Shown here: positions 30,555 to 41,600 of the stretch, in pieces
How positions within the stretch are numbered: position 1 is the first letter of the stretch
Layout: each line of letters begins with the position of its first letter
Assembly: GCA_023434025.1 (NCBI GenBank)
Contig: JAEYTL010000045.1
Coordinates: forward strand, 1,892-65,891
Direction: 5' to 3'
From: Bacteroidota bacterium
Lineage (GTDB): Bacteria; Bacteroidota; Bacteroidia; Flavobacteriales; Flavobacteriaceae
Length of the DNA: 64,000 bases
Made by a program: the position numbers and the translations under genes
The notes under the pieces: model-generated
The model's database searches: none
What the model was told of the DNA's origin: nothing
Seen by the model: only the letters and a program-made list of their open reading frames with translations

Positions 30555-30728
30555 ACGGATTTTAAAGGCTTTTTAAAAGGGCTGTAAAATTAAGAATATT
30601 CGTTGAATGTGGAGTGTGCGGAAACTGTTTTTAATTAATTTTATATTTAATTTAACCTTTTGGCAATCATGCAACTGATTTTTAAAAATTTATTAACCTT
30701 AAAATGGAATAATAGGACTTTATCTGCT

Positions 30729-30736
30729 TATTTTTG
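30729..30736 (+). promoter_or_regulatory. candidate -7 promoter box (TATTTTTG)
   Basis: Matches TAnnTTTG, 28 nt upstream of the helicase ATG. Confidence 0.35.
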
Positions 30737-30763
30737 CAAAAATTGAATTTTTAAATTTTCAGA

Positions 30764-32302
30764 ATGTCAAAAAAAGATATATTACTTGAAATTGAGGCAA
30801 AGAAAAAGCTCTACAGCTATCAGTTGGGTGATATTGATCTGATTTTTGATAAGATTCAGAATGCCCCGCACAATTATCATTTGCTTTATCAATTACCAAC
30901 CGGTGGAGGAAAAACCGTCATTTTTTCTGAAATCACCCGCCGTTATCTGGAAAAGTATGATAAAAAAGTAGTTGTGCTTACCCACCGTATCGAGTTGTGC
31001 AAGCAGACTTCTAAAATGTTGAAAGGGTTTGAAGTTAAAAATAAAATTATCAACAGCATTGTCAAAGAATTGCCGGATCAGGATGAATATTCCTGTTTTG
31101 TGGCCATGGTAGAGACCTTAAAAAACCGTCTCAATGATGAAAAACTGCACATTGATAATGTGGGTTTACTGATCATTGATGAAGCTCATTTTAATTCGTT
31201 CAGAAAGTTATTCCACGCCTTTAAAAACACTTTTTTTCTCGGTGTTACCGCCACACCGCTGAGCTCAAACATCAAATTGCCGATGAACGAGAATTACCAT
31301 GAACTGATTGTAGGGAACAGTATCGGTTCGTTGATAGACAAAGGTTATCTGGCTAAAGCAACAACATATAGCTATGATGTTGGACTTACCTCATTAAAAA
31401 TTGGAATCAACGGTGATTATACAGTTAAGTCGTCTGATGAGCTTTATACCAACATGGCTATGCAGGAAAAACTGATCCATGCTTATACGGCTCATTCGTT
31501 AGGCAAGAAAACATTAATTTTTAATAATGGAATCATAACCTCTCTGGGAGTTTTAGATGTTTTTAAGGAAGCCGGTTTCAGCCATATCAGGCATTTGGAT
31601 AATACACATTCCAATGAAGAGCGAAAAGAGATTCTGAAGTGGTTCAAAGATACGCCGGATGCTATTTTAACATCTGTAGGTATCCTGACAACGGGATTTG
31701 ATGAGCCTACTGTGGAATCAATTATTTTAAACCGGGCCACTAAATCATTGACACTTTATTTTCAGATGATAGGGAGGGGATCCAGAAAACTTCCGGACAA
31801 AGATGAATTCACAATCATTGACCTGGGGAATAATGCTGCACGGTTCGGACTCTGGACGGATAAAATGGATTGGCAGCATATTTTTAAATACCCGGAACAA
31901 TACATACACAACCTGAAAGGGGATGCAGAAATCGAAATGAATTTCTTTTACAAAATGCCTCCGGAATTACAGGCGAAGTTTAGTAATACAGCCGATTTGA
32001 CATTCGATGTTGAGTCGGAATACCGGACTGCTATTGCCAATAACCTTAGGCCTAAGGTTGTGATTGACAAATCAATAGATCATCATGCATTGATGTGTGT
32101 AGACAATGCCGAGACTCTGGTTGAAGCAAAACGCTTGGCCAGAGAGTTGTCTGATGATATTGAGAGTCGCGTACGTCATTTCACTAACTGTTTAAGTAAT
32201 TCTACCAAAAATTACCGTGATTGGTTGATTGATGATTACAAAACAAGACTTTTAATTGTCATTGGTCGAAAATTCAGAGAAAAACTGTTTTCGGACGAAT
32301 AA
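30764..32302 (+). CDS. SF2 DEAD/DEAH-box helicase (ResIII/SSL2-like) with a C-terminal extension
   Basis: Walker A PTGGGKT, motif II LLIIDEAHF, motif III-like GVTATP and motif VI QMIGRGSR. Confidence 0.85.
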   Translation: MSKKDILLEIEAKKKLYSYQLGDIDLIFDKIQNAPHNYHLLYQLPTGGGKTVIFSEITRRYLEKYDKKVVVLTHRIELCKQTSKMLKGFEVKNKIINSIVKELPDQDEYSCFVAMVETLKNRLNDEKLHIDNVGLLIIDEAHFNSFRKLFHAFKNTFFLGVTATPLSSNIKLPMNENYHELIVGNSIGSLIDKGYLAKATTYSYDVGLTSLKIGINGDYTVKSSDELYTNMAMQEKLIHAYTAHSLGKKTLIFNNGIITSLGVLDVFKEAGFSHIRHLDNTHSNEERKEILKWFKDTPDAILTSVGILTTGFDEPTVESIILNRATKSLTLYFQMIGRGSRKLPDKDEFTIIDLGNNAARFGLWTDKMDWQHIFKYPEQYIHNLKGDAEIEMNFFYKMPPELQAKFSNTADLTFDVESEYRTAIANNLRPKVVIDKSIDHHALMCVDNAETLVEAKRLARELSDDIESRVRHFTNCLSNSTKNYRDWLIDDYKTRLLIVIGRKFREKLFSDE

Positions 32303-32403
32303 TTTCACTGTTTTTAGTGGTTAAAATATCACCTTTTTTCATTCTCTTTTAAAATTGATTTGCCGTTAATCGGTAATATAAGTTACTCATCTATAAGGGT
32401 ATG

Positions 32404-32421
32404 CATTTCATCGATGAAATG
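32404..32421. promoter_or_regulatory. 18-bp perfect palindrome CATTTCATCGATGAAATG (candidate operator upstream of the EPS operon)
   Basis: Perfectly self-complementary, 265 nt upstream of the ATG at 32686. The half-site recurs three times at 44432-44497. Confidence 0.5.
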
Positions 32422-32685
32422 AGTGTTTTCAACAGATTTCAAAGGATTTATTTTGTGCTGTTTAGATTTAACTCTACTTTTGAATCGTCTTTTAACCGTG
32501 TAAAGTTTTATTAATTATATGTTAATATCGTTTTATTAAGTTAAAAAACTTTTTAGAAGTCGTCCCCAAAAGCCGGCGTTCCAAAAAATACCACAAAACC
32601 ACCCTAAGATTGTTAAAGTGCACCAACTTGTCTGGTTCTGCATAGGCAGATTCATCGACGAACGGAATTTTATTATGTAAAAGTT

Positions 32686-34236
32686 ATGAGCAAAAAGCAC
32701 GACGTAATGTTAATTTTAGAAGGAACCTATCCTTTTAATGGCGGTGGAGTTTCTACTTGGGCACACATGCTTTGCAATGAAGTTAAAAATTCAAATTTTA
32801 CACTTTATTCCATCAATGCTGAGTTTGAATCTAAAACAAAATACAAGCTGAGTGATAATGTAAAAAACCTTATTCAGGTACCTTTATGGTCTCCTATGGA
32901 GCCCCAGGAGATGATTGATTACGGTAAAAAATATTATAAAATTATCTCTCTTAAAGAGAAAAATGACCTGGACAAAATTAACCAGGTTTTCATTCCTGTT
33001 TTTCAGGATTTACTGAGACATATTTTCTCTGCAAACAGAGATGTAAGGGCTTTTGATGAAACAATCCATAAAATGTGGCGTTATTTTCAAAAGCACGACT
33101 ACAAAAAAACAATGAAGAGCGAACCGGTTTGGCGTACATTCTGCTATATGGTTTCGGATCTGAATGCTGAACAGGAGAATGAGAAGGTGTCACTATTTGA
33201 CTTGACCTCCGGTATGCGTTGGATTTACCGATTTCTTATACCGCTTTCAGTTGATGTTCCGCGGGTTGATGTTTCTCATTTAACATTGTCCGGCTTTCCG
33301 GTAATTCCGGCTTTAGTATTGAAATACAAATACGGTACACCAATGATTGTAACGGAACATGGTGTTTTTATCCGTGAGCGTTTATTGGCAATCAATTCTT
33401 CTGAGTATTCTTTTTTCCTGAAAAAAATGTTGATTAAGTTTTCAGAATGTGTAACGGAACTGGTTTATTACAAAGCAGATAAAATATTGTCTGTGAACAA
33501 ATTCAACATTAAATGGGAAAAAATGTACGGAGCAGATCCGAACAAAATAGAGATCATTTACAATGGTATTGATCACAATGTATTTAAACCATTGCCAAAG
33601 CCGGAACATTTAAAAAATATTCCTACTGTTGTGGCGGCTGCCCGTATTTTTGATCTGAAAGATATTATCACGATGATAAAATCCTGTGCTGTGGCCAAAC
33701 GGCAGATACCTGCTATTCAGTATCTGGTCTATGGTGACAATAATGCCGTACCGGAATATACCGCTGCCTGTGAACGGTTAATCGATGAACTGGATTTGAG
33801 AGATAATTTCAAGTTAGCCGGCTACCATGAGAAACCCAGTGAACTTTTTTCAGAAGGTGATATTTCGATTTTAACCTCTATTTCGGAAGGATTTCCCTAT
33901 ACTGTTTTAGAATCAATGAGTTGCGGAATCCCGGTCGTAGCCACTGACGTTGGTGGTGTTACCGAGGCATTGGATGAATCATGCGGTTTTATCTGCAAAC
34001 CAAAAGACGCTGAAGAAATAGGAAATAGGGTAGTAGAGCTTCTTAATAACAAAGCGTTAAGAGAGCAAATGGGAATTAATGCCCGCAAAAAAGTAATAGA
34101 TAACTTTACGATTGGTAAATTTGTCAACGCTTATGAAGCTGTCTATGAAAGAATAGTAACCCGTGAAGTTAAAGAAGTACAAATGCCAATTTTAATCCCG
34201 TCTTTAAATGAAGTAGAATCTGTAAAAGCCTCATAA
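32686..34236 (+). CDS. PelF-like GT4 glycosyltransferase with an N-terminal DUF3492-type domain
   Basis: 516 aa. N-terminus ILEGTYPFNGGGVSTWAHML (DUF3492/PelF-type). GT4 catalytic core with an E-x7-E region: TSISEGFPYTVLESMSCGIPVVATDVGG. Confidence 0.8.
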   Translation: MSKKHDVMLILEGTYPFNGGGVSTWAHMLCNEVKNSNFTLYSINAEFESKTKYKLSDNVKNLIQVPLWSPMEPQEMIDYGKKYYKIISLKEKNDLDKINQVFIPVFQDLLRHIFSANRDVRAFDETIHKMWRYFQKHDYKKTMKSEPVWRTFCYMVSDLNAEQENEKVSLFDLTSGMRWIYRFLIPLSVDVPRVDVSHLTLSGFPVIPALVLKYKYGTPMIVTEHGVFIRERLLAINSSEYSFFLKKMLIKFSECVTELVYYKADKILSVNKFNIKWEKMYGADPNKIEIIYNGIDHNVFKPLPKPEHLKNIPTVVAAARIFDLKDIITMIKSCAVAKRQIPAIQYLVYGDNNAVPEYTAACERLIDELDLRDNFKLAGYHEKPSELFSEGDISILTSISEGFPYTVLESMSCGIPVVATDVGGVTEALDESCGFICKPKDAEEIGNRVVELLNNKALREQMGINARKKVIDNFTIGKFVNAYEAVYERIVTREVKEVQMPILIPSLNEVESVKAS

Positions 34237-34309
34237 AACCCCTCCCAAATTTACATCTGAATCTCAAACCTAACCAAAATAGAATATATATGTGTTCTAC
34301 TAATGCAAA

Positions 34310-35923
34310 ATGGAAAAGCATAGTGAAAATATAAAAATATTAATTGATAATGTAAAAGATAAAATAGGTAAGCCGGTCAGCAGCAGGGTTGTTGCCGCTA
34401 CTATCGAATCTTTTGGCATCAGGGATATTGATACGGAAGCCGATTACGGTGTTTCAGATATTCAGGACTTGGCTAATTATATTTACCGGCAACTCACGAC
34501 CTCTCTGGAGCATAAAGAGAGTTTGAATGCCAGGGAGCGTGAATATATTGAAACTAATCCGAAAACGATTCAGTTGTCGGATTACATGGCTGTCAAAGCT
34601 AAAATCTTTGCCCAATATTATCCGTTGGGAATTTTTCACTTACTTCCGGTTTTTCTTCAAATTGCGGCAATTGTTGTTTTTGGTTATTCGTTATGGACAC
34701 ACGTTCACTTTAACCACTTACAATCCACAGCCGTTGTTTTGGGGGTAATAATTGGTATTGTCTCTACCGGTGGATTTGTACAGGTTATTGGTCGTCAGGC
34801 TACTTTTTACTGGAATTACCACGATTATTCCATGACCAAAAAAACCATTGATTATTTATTAAAGTTGGGAATTAAGACACTTTTCACTGTTTTTGCAGTT
34901 ATTCTGTTTATTAATTTCTTTATTCATATTTACCCTTACAAAGTATTATTCATTGTTTTTACCTATGCCTTTCTGATTGGTGTACTTTTACTGGTTTTAG
35001 CACCATTGCATACTATCAGACAACGATGGATGATTACCATTTCGGTTATTTTAGGAACGCTGGTTACGGTGTTGCTAAACAAATTTTCTTCGTTACTAAT
35101 TTATTATACGCACTGGTTCGGAATCAGTATTGCTGTGATATCGGCTAAAACGTATTTGTATTTTTTCTTCCGTGGGCTTTTAAAGAAACATCCGCCTAAA
35201 GCAGATTTAAAAATTAAAACATCCGTTTTTATTTATCAGAATCACCGGTATTTTTTATACGGTGTTTGTATTTACCTGTTTATTTTTATCGACAGAATAC
35301 TGGCTTGGTCAACCACCAGTAAGGGACAGCTTCCTTTTCTGGTCTATTTTGAAAAAGATTATGAGTTGGGTATGGATATGGCTATTTTGGTTTTCTTACT
35401 GTTATCCGGTGTTTTAGAGTTCAGCATTGCTTCTTTTACACGCTTTCTGGACATTACGCAAAAATTAGTGCAGTTTGAAAACGCAAAGCTTTTTAACAAA
35501 GAGCTGTATAAATTATACTGGCAGAATATTCTTATTTTATTGGCTACTGCTACAGTTATTCTTGTCATTATCTATCAATTAATGTTTGCTCCATGGGGCT
35601 ACAAAGGCCAGTTTCATGAAGAACTGGCAACTTTGAGTGTAAAAGTAACTTATCTTGGAGGGCTGGGGTATTTTTTTCTGGCTTGGGGAATGCTTAATAC
35701 TTTATATTTGTTTACCTTGGGTCAAACAGAACAACCTTTGAAAGGAATCATTTATGCTATTGTGATTAACCTGACCATCGGGTTTGTTTTGAGCCGGTTT
35801 GTCAGTTTTGAATACAGTGTTGTGGGCATGTTGGCCGGAGCCTTGTTTTTTATGCTTTATACATTAAAACATATTTTCCGCTTTTTCAAAAAACTTGATT
35901 ATCACTATTATGCGTCGTTTTAA
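34310..35923 (+). CDS. polytopic membrane protein (about 12 TM) with an approximately 100-aa soluble N-terminal domain; candidate PelG-like exporter
   Basis: 537 aa. Hydrophobic helices run from about residue 100 to the end. It occupies the position immediately after the PelF-like gene, as pelG does in pel operons. The gene is confident; the PelG assignment rests on position and topology only. Confidence 0.55.
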   Translation: MEKHSENIKILIDNVKDKIGKPVSSRVVAATIESFGIRDIDTEADYGVSDIQDLANYIYRQLTTSLEHKESLNAREREYIETNPKTIQLSDYMAVKAKIFAQYYPLGIFHLLPVFLQIAAIVVFGYSLWTHVHFNHLQSTAVVLGVIIGIVSTGGFVQVIGRQATFYWNYHDYSMTKKTIDYLLKLGIKTLFTVFAVILFINFFIHIYPYKVLFIVFTYAFLIGVLLLVLAPLHTIRQRWMITISVILGTLVTVLLNKFSSLLIYYTHWFGISIAVISAKTYLYFFFRGLLKKHPPKADLKIKTSVFIYQNHRYFLYGVCIYLFIFIDRILAWSTTSKGQLPFLVYFEKDYELGMDMAILVFLLLSGVLEFSIASFTRFLDITQKLVQFENAKLFNKELYKLYWQNILILLATATVILVIIYQLMFAPWGYKGQFHEELATLSVKVTYLGGLGYFFLAWGMLNTLYLFTLGQTEQPLKGIIYAIVINLTIGFVLSRFVSFEYSVVGMLAGALFFMLYTLKHIFRFFKKLDYHYYASF

Positions 35924-36719
35924 TTTGTTTTTATGGCTTTTGCCGTCATTGTTAGCTACGCCTGTTTTCAGTAATACTGCAAATAAGAGTACTGTTTTGG
36001 TCTGTTACGGCAGACTGAACCCTGCTGCAATCAAAGGCTATAATTACGTTATTTTAGAAGAAAAAAACTTCAGGAAAGAAGAAATTCAGCAAATCAAGAA
36101 ACAGAATAAGAACGTTCTGGCCTACATCAGCTTAGGCGAAGTAAACAGTAATGCCAGACATTACAAGTTGTTAAAAAACAGGACATTAGGAAAAAACAAC
36201 AATTGGGACAGCCATTATCTGAATTTAAAGGATAGCACTACGTCGGTTGTCCTGATGACCTTGATAAAAAAAGTATTAGAAAAAGGTTTTGATGGTTTGT
36301 TTTTAGATAATATCGATAATTATTCGTCTTTTGGGCCTCAGGCTGCTCAGCGTAATGAGCTGGTTGACCTGATACAAAGAATTAAAAAGCAATATCCCAA
36401 TCATGTATTGGTTCAAAATGCCGGTTTAGAGTTGATTCCGGATACTAAAAATTATATCGAATCGGTTATGTTTGAATCGGTTGCAACAGATTATAGTTTT
36501 AAAGACAACACTTATAAGCTTCGGGAAAGTAATGATTTTAACGAACGGTTAAAGCGTATCAAAGCAGTTAATGACCAATATAAAATTCCCGTTCTGCTGA
36601 TTGAATATGCCAACAGTAAACAGCTTTTTGAGCACATCGTGAAACGGTTATCTGCTACCCGTTTTGAGTATTTTATAGGAAAAATAGATTTACAGTCTGT
36701 TCCCGATTTTACCAGATAA
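35910..36719 (+). CDS. secreted GH114/TM1410-like TIM-barrel glycosidase (endo-alpha-1,4-polygalactosaminidase / PelA-hydrolase / Ega3-like)
   Basis: Signal peptide MRRFNLFLWLLPSLLATPVFS. YISLGEV and GFDGLFLDNIDNY motifs are characteristic of the GH114/TM1410 family. The start at 35910 overlaps the upstream stop by 14 nt. Confidence 0.68.
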   Translation: MRRFNLFLWLLPSLLATPVFSNTANKSTVLVCYGRLNPAAIKGYNYVILEEKNFRKEEIQQIKKQNKNVLAYISLGEVNSNARHYKLLKNRTLGKNNNWDSHYLNLKDSTTSVVLMTLIKKVLEKGFDGLFLDNIDNYSSFGPQAAQRNELVDLIQRIKKQYPNHVLVQNAGLELIPDTKNYIESVMFESVATDYSFKDNTYKLRESNDFNERLKRIKAVNDQYKIPVLLIEYANSKQLFEHIVKRLSATRFEYFIGKIDLQSVPDFTR

Positions 36720-36721
36720 CC

Positions 36722-38692
36722 ATGATACTTTCCAGCTCCATATTAGTAGGTTTTATACGGCTCGTTTTGCTGCTGATGTTCTTGTATTATTGCAACAACA
36801 AGTTGGTCAAACGGGAGTATAGTCATAACCTGTTGCAATTTATTGTAAATGAATGGTTTAAGTACGGTAGTTTATCGTTGGTTGTTGTTTTTGTACTCAT
36901 TCAGTTCAGTGCTTACAGCCTCATCAACTATGTGCTTATTATGTCTTTTATCATAGTGGTAGATGTGGTGGGGATTAAAAACTTTAAAAACCCTGTCCGT
37001 TATTTTAAAGATACCGCAAAGTCACGCTTTTTTGAATTCCTGAAAAACAGTGAAAACAGAAAACCTGTTCGGGAACTTCTTCAGATGGAAAGACCTAAAA
37101 AGATAAAAGATGATCGTGTATTTATTTTTTATGCCGTATTGATTTTAATTATTATGGCCTTTGTTGGACGGTATTATTTTTATATTTATGATACATACCT
37201 GCTTTCAGATTTATGGGTGGCAAACCTGAATAAACTCATACTTTTTGATGAGAATACTTGGTTTGATGGTACTGTTTCGGTTGAAGGAGAGCTGGCTGTC
37301 AGCAACTTATATTCCAAATTAGTGGATGTTAGCCCGGAAGTAGGTTTGCAAAGTTTAGCAATTTTAGAAGATATCATACTGAGCCTGGTTGTTTTCTGGA
37401 CAATACGCAAGATTACTCCCTCCAGGGTTCTGGCTCCCATGATCGCTTTTCTTACCTATGTTTTTCTATACACCTTTTCACCTGTTGAAATTCATTACCT
37501 ATTGCAGAATGAACCTGTTTTGATGGGACTGACATTTGCAATACCTTGTATGGTCTATACCCTTAAACCGGATGCCATAAACTTTAAAAAGACCAATTAT
37601 TTCATCAGTTTAACCATTTGCTTTTTTGCCATTGGTTTAATCGATTTGTTTACCTTATTAATTCTGATGCCGCCGTTTTTCATCATCGCATTGGTGTTTG
37701 TAAACAAACATTATCTCTCATTCAAATGGCTTGCTCTTTCAGCCTATGTTATTGGAACAGGTAGTGTCTTGGCGATGTATTATATGATGTGTGATTATTA
37801 TCAGAATGATTTTTTAATCTTTCTGCAATCGAGTTTAATTTCGGTGACATCTTTTACCTATATGCCTAATTTGATTATACCGTTTGATGAATTGATTACG
37901 TATTACCAGTATGGGTCACTGTTCAGTATTATCATTTTGCCTTTTTTAATTTGGTATAAAAAAGAACCATGGAAACCTTCTTTGGTCTTTATGTTGTATT
38001 TTAATCTATTGGTAACCTTGAGTTTTATGCATGTGGAATGGATTGATACAGATTTGCTTCGTTTGGCACTGTCTGTTTTAATTCCGGTTTGTTTCGGAAT
38101 AACAGTAGCGGTTTTGCTGAGATTGCTGCAGCCGGCCTACAGGAAAGTACTTCAGTTTAAAATACCGATTGCCGTAGTGGTTTCATTGCTCGTCTTTGGC
38201 GGAATTTTATATTCACAAAAGGAACCGCTGAGCAATGTTAAAACCTCAGACAAAACCCCGCGGATGGTGTTGGATGCCTATGATGAAATTTTACACGAAT
38301 ATTTTCCATACAGTTATGCCGTGGTCAATGACAATATTGCTCAAACCATGAGTATAAATAAACATTTCTTTATCAATTATGAAGATTTTTTATTCAGCTA
38401 CCTGGAAAGTGATTCTATTTATCACCATAACAAGAAGAAGCCGAGGTTTTTTATTGAAAATCCGCAGTATGTAATCCCTAAGAGTGTTTTGGTGTTTGTG
38501 TACCATGACAATTCCGAAAAAGAAAATTATTTTGCCGATCAGAATCAGTTAGAACCGTTGCTGAAGGAGCATATCCAAACGTTGGAAAAAAGGGGGAGAA
38601 AGGTTTCGCTGTATTATGAAAGCCCCTTTGTAAACGTATATGAAATTGAAAACGAACCCAAATCAAGTAAGATTGATGACCTAATCTATTAA
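36722..38692 (+). CDS. large polytopic membrane protein with an approximately 150-aa C-terminal soluble domain, family unknown
   Basis: 656 aa, more than 12 hydrophobic segments, translationally coupled on both sides (2-nt gaps). No motif recognised. Confidence 0.75.
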   Translation: MILSSSILVGFIRLVLLLMFLYYCNNKLVKREYSHNLLQFIVNEWFKYGSLSLVVVFVLIQFSAYSLINYVLIMSFIIVVDVVGIKNFKNPVRYFKDTAKSRFFEFLKNSENRKPVRELLQMERPKKIKDDRVFIFYAVLILIIMAFVGRYYFYIYDTYLLSDLWVANLNKLILFDENTWFDGTVSVEGELAVSNLYSKLVDVSPEVGLQSLAILEDIILSLVVFWTIRKITPSRVLAPMIAFLTYVFLYTFSPVEIHYLLQNEPVLMGLTFAIPCMVYTLKPDAINFKKTNYFISLTICFFAIGLIDLFTLLILMPPFFIIALVFVNKHYLSFKWLALSAYVIGTGSVLAMYYMMCDYYQNDFLIFLQSSLISVTSFTYMPNLIIPFDELITYYQYGSLFSIIILPFLIWYKKEPWKPSLVFMLYFNLLVTLSFMHVEWIDTDLLRLALSVLIPVCFGITVAVLLRLLQPAYRKVLQFKIPIAVVVSLLVFGGILYSQKEPLSNVKTSDKTPRMVLDAYDEILHEYFPYSYAVVNDNIAQTMSINKHFFINYEDFLFSYLESDSIYHHNKKKPRFFIENPQYVIPKSVLVFVYHDNSEKENYFADQNQLEPLLKEHIQTLEKRGRKVSLYYESPFVNVYEIENEPKSSKIDDLIY

Positions 38693-38694
38693 GT

Positions 38695-41600
38695 ATGAAA
38701 ACCCGTGCTACCCTAAATCGATTAGCCATATGCAGCCTGATGGCCTTTGTGTTGATTTTTTCAAGCTGTGCCGACTTTGATGCGATAATAAACCCTGATA
38801 ATATTGATTTATTTTCAAAAGATCAGGCCGGAAAAAATGCATTATTAAAACACTACTCGGATACTGATTTAAATCTTCCGCCTTTGGTAGAATACATTGT
38901 AGATTTTGAAAATCCGATGAGTGTTAAGTACAGTAACCACCTCAAAAAGGTGTGTAATTATACCAAGATACCATTTAAGAACATCAACATCAAAGCATGG
39001 AATGCCAATCTGGAAATAGCTCCGTCCACCCGAGTCCTTTGTGTGCTGGAAACGAAGAAGCTAAATGATGCTTCTGTGGCAAAGCTTTTGAAATTTGTTT
39101 CAGACGGCGGTACACTTTACCTGCCGTATGCCTGTGAAGACAAGCGTTTTGGTTTTATGATCGGGATGAAAACAAATTCAGATTATGTAACCGATGTTAC
39201 TTCTGTGGGAATCCGTTTTAAGGAAAATTTTATTCCGACCCTGGCCGGAACTTCAACCCGGAAATCAATCATTCATTTTGGAATGAGCGGTGAAAATTTT
39301 GATATGACAAAGATTAAAGTTTATGCCACTTCCATTAATAATACGTCTTATCCATCTATTTTAGAGTGTCGGACAGGAAAAGGGAGGGTGATTAACCTGA
39401 ACTCGACGTTTGAACTGGAAAAAATGGACAGAGGTATACTGTTTTCAGGCATGATGATGGGATTAGAGGGAATCCCTTATCCGATAGCCAATACCAGTAC
39501 TGTTTTTTTAGACGATTTTCCTTCTCCGCTTTATGATACAAAAATGGAGCCTATTAAATCCGAAATGAACCTTTCTATCTCTGATTTTGTAAAAAATGTA
39601 TGGTGGCCCGATATGAAGGATTTGGCCAAAAAATACCAGATCAGTTATACGGCTGTTCCGGCTTTTGACTACAATGCCAAGACAGATCCGCCGTTTCTTT
39701 TCAGTCAATGGGATGCCAAAAAAATTTCAAGTGGCGGTAAGGTAGAACCCATCAGCAGTTGGTTGATGCGGGATTGTATTAAAAACGGGCACGAGCTGGG
39801 ATTTCATGGTTATAACCACGTTTCTTTGGTAAAAAGAGACTGGAAGAAGCCTGAATTTATTGTGACGGCACTCGAAGGCGTTCAGAAAAAATGGAAAGTG
39901 AGTAATTTTGGTAATTTACCGGTTTCCTATGTACCTCCGTCAAATTATATCGATCAGATGGGATTGAAAAGGCTTAAAGAAGGGTTGCCCTCTATTAGTT
40001 TTATGTGCAGCTTGTATTTGGGAGAAACCTATGATGGCGGAAACAGGGAATTTGATTTTGATCCCTATCATCACGGCATGTTTGATTATCCACGGATTTC
40101 AAGCGGATTTGAAATAGATGATGATTCAAAATACAACATTCAATCGATGTATCTGTACACCGGTATCTGGAATCATTTTGTGCACCCGGATGATGTATAC
40201 CAGATTCCGAGTCCGTTTAACAAAAGTGCCGGTGATTTCGACCTTCGGAATGCAAAAGGATTGGGCTGGCGTAAAACAAAAGGGAAGTCCGGAGGCTTAT
40301 TGGCAGAACTGGATAAATATTTTAAAGAATTTACCACGGCTTTTCCGCAATCAAGGTTTTTAAATGCCGGAGAAGGAGGGTTTATCGCCTTAGACTGGAG
40401 AGCGTCAAAATTCAACCATAAAACAAATGACGGAAAATATATTGTAGAAGAACTGAATCCTGATAATTCAATGTCCAACAGCCAGTACTGGTTTCTTTAC
40501 GGATCAGCTGAAAATGCAGAAAATATTGAATACCAGTTAAAATCAATTGCCGTAATTTATTCAAAGACAAGCTATTTAAACGGATTTTTATACTCTGTTT
40601 ACACCAATGAACCCGTTATTAAAATTAAAGATTACCGCGAATACAGAAACAAAGAGCTGGATTTTATTTTCAGTAAAGTACAAAATGATTACTACACTTA
40701 TCTAGTGAAAGTTAAAGAATTTGAACAAGGGGAGGAGAGTAGTGAGAATTATGAAGAGCAGATCCGGTTGGAAAAAGCGGCCTTGAAACAGCGTATGCTT
40801 TCCGAAGCTGTAATTGATTATCCTACCTGGAACAAATATGCCGAATACATGTCATGGGAAAGCAAAGAAAATGAGGTCTGGACCATGCTTGAAAAGCATT
40901 GTGCCAAATACCCGACCAAACATAATGTGATGTATGCCCAGGAATTAGACAAAATAATCGGTTATCCGAATGATCTCGCCATGGAAAAGTGGATGAGTGC
41001 CCAATTATTGGTTAACCCGAGAGATAAAGATTTGTTAAACAGCTATGTGGCGAATTTTAATACCCCGGAGAACAACGAAAAAATCAAACAGGCATTAATT
41101 GCACTTTTGGGTGTTGACACCGGTAAGCAAAGTATGTTTAACTATCTTCAGCACCTGTTATGGTATGAACCTCAAAATGCATTGACAGAACTGGAAAAGA
41201 TAGAGCCGTCTGATGATTACAGGGAATTGGCAACCAACATTACGTGGCTTTATGCCAACGAAAAAAATTATCAGAAAGCGTATGACTGGTCATTTTACAG
41301 CAACGAAATTGATATAGCCAGTAAAATGGAATGGCTTTTTCAGTTGAAGCAATATGATAACCTGATCGGGGAATACAATTCGTATATTGAAAAAAATCCT
41401 GACGATTATAAAACAAAGGCTTTGATGGCTAATTATTACCACGATATGGGTAAATTTAAAGAAGCATGGATTTTGGCCGGCGAATTGCCGGAATCAAAAG
41501 AAAAAGAATCACTCAGAAAGGCCCTTAATGCAGATGTAATTTACCAGGATGATTTTCTGCAACAGGATTTACTGGCTAATTATCCGGAATTGTTTTTAGA

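Noticed and set aside
30764-32302. Stand-alone SF2 helicase as part of a defence or restriction system
   Set aside because: There is no adjacent methyltransferase, nuclease, specificity subunit or other defence partner. The neighbours are nhaA and the EPS operon. It is most simply a housekeeping or orphan helicase.
32302-32685. c-di-GMP riboswitch (GEMM-I/II) upstream of the Pel-like operon
   Set aside because: CCCCAAAAGCCGGCG vaguely recalls the GACGCAAAGCC-CCGGC core. The paired GGCAAACC half and the tetraloop-receptor elements are absent, so the evidence is insufficient. I kept the segment only as a generic structured-leader observation.
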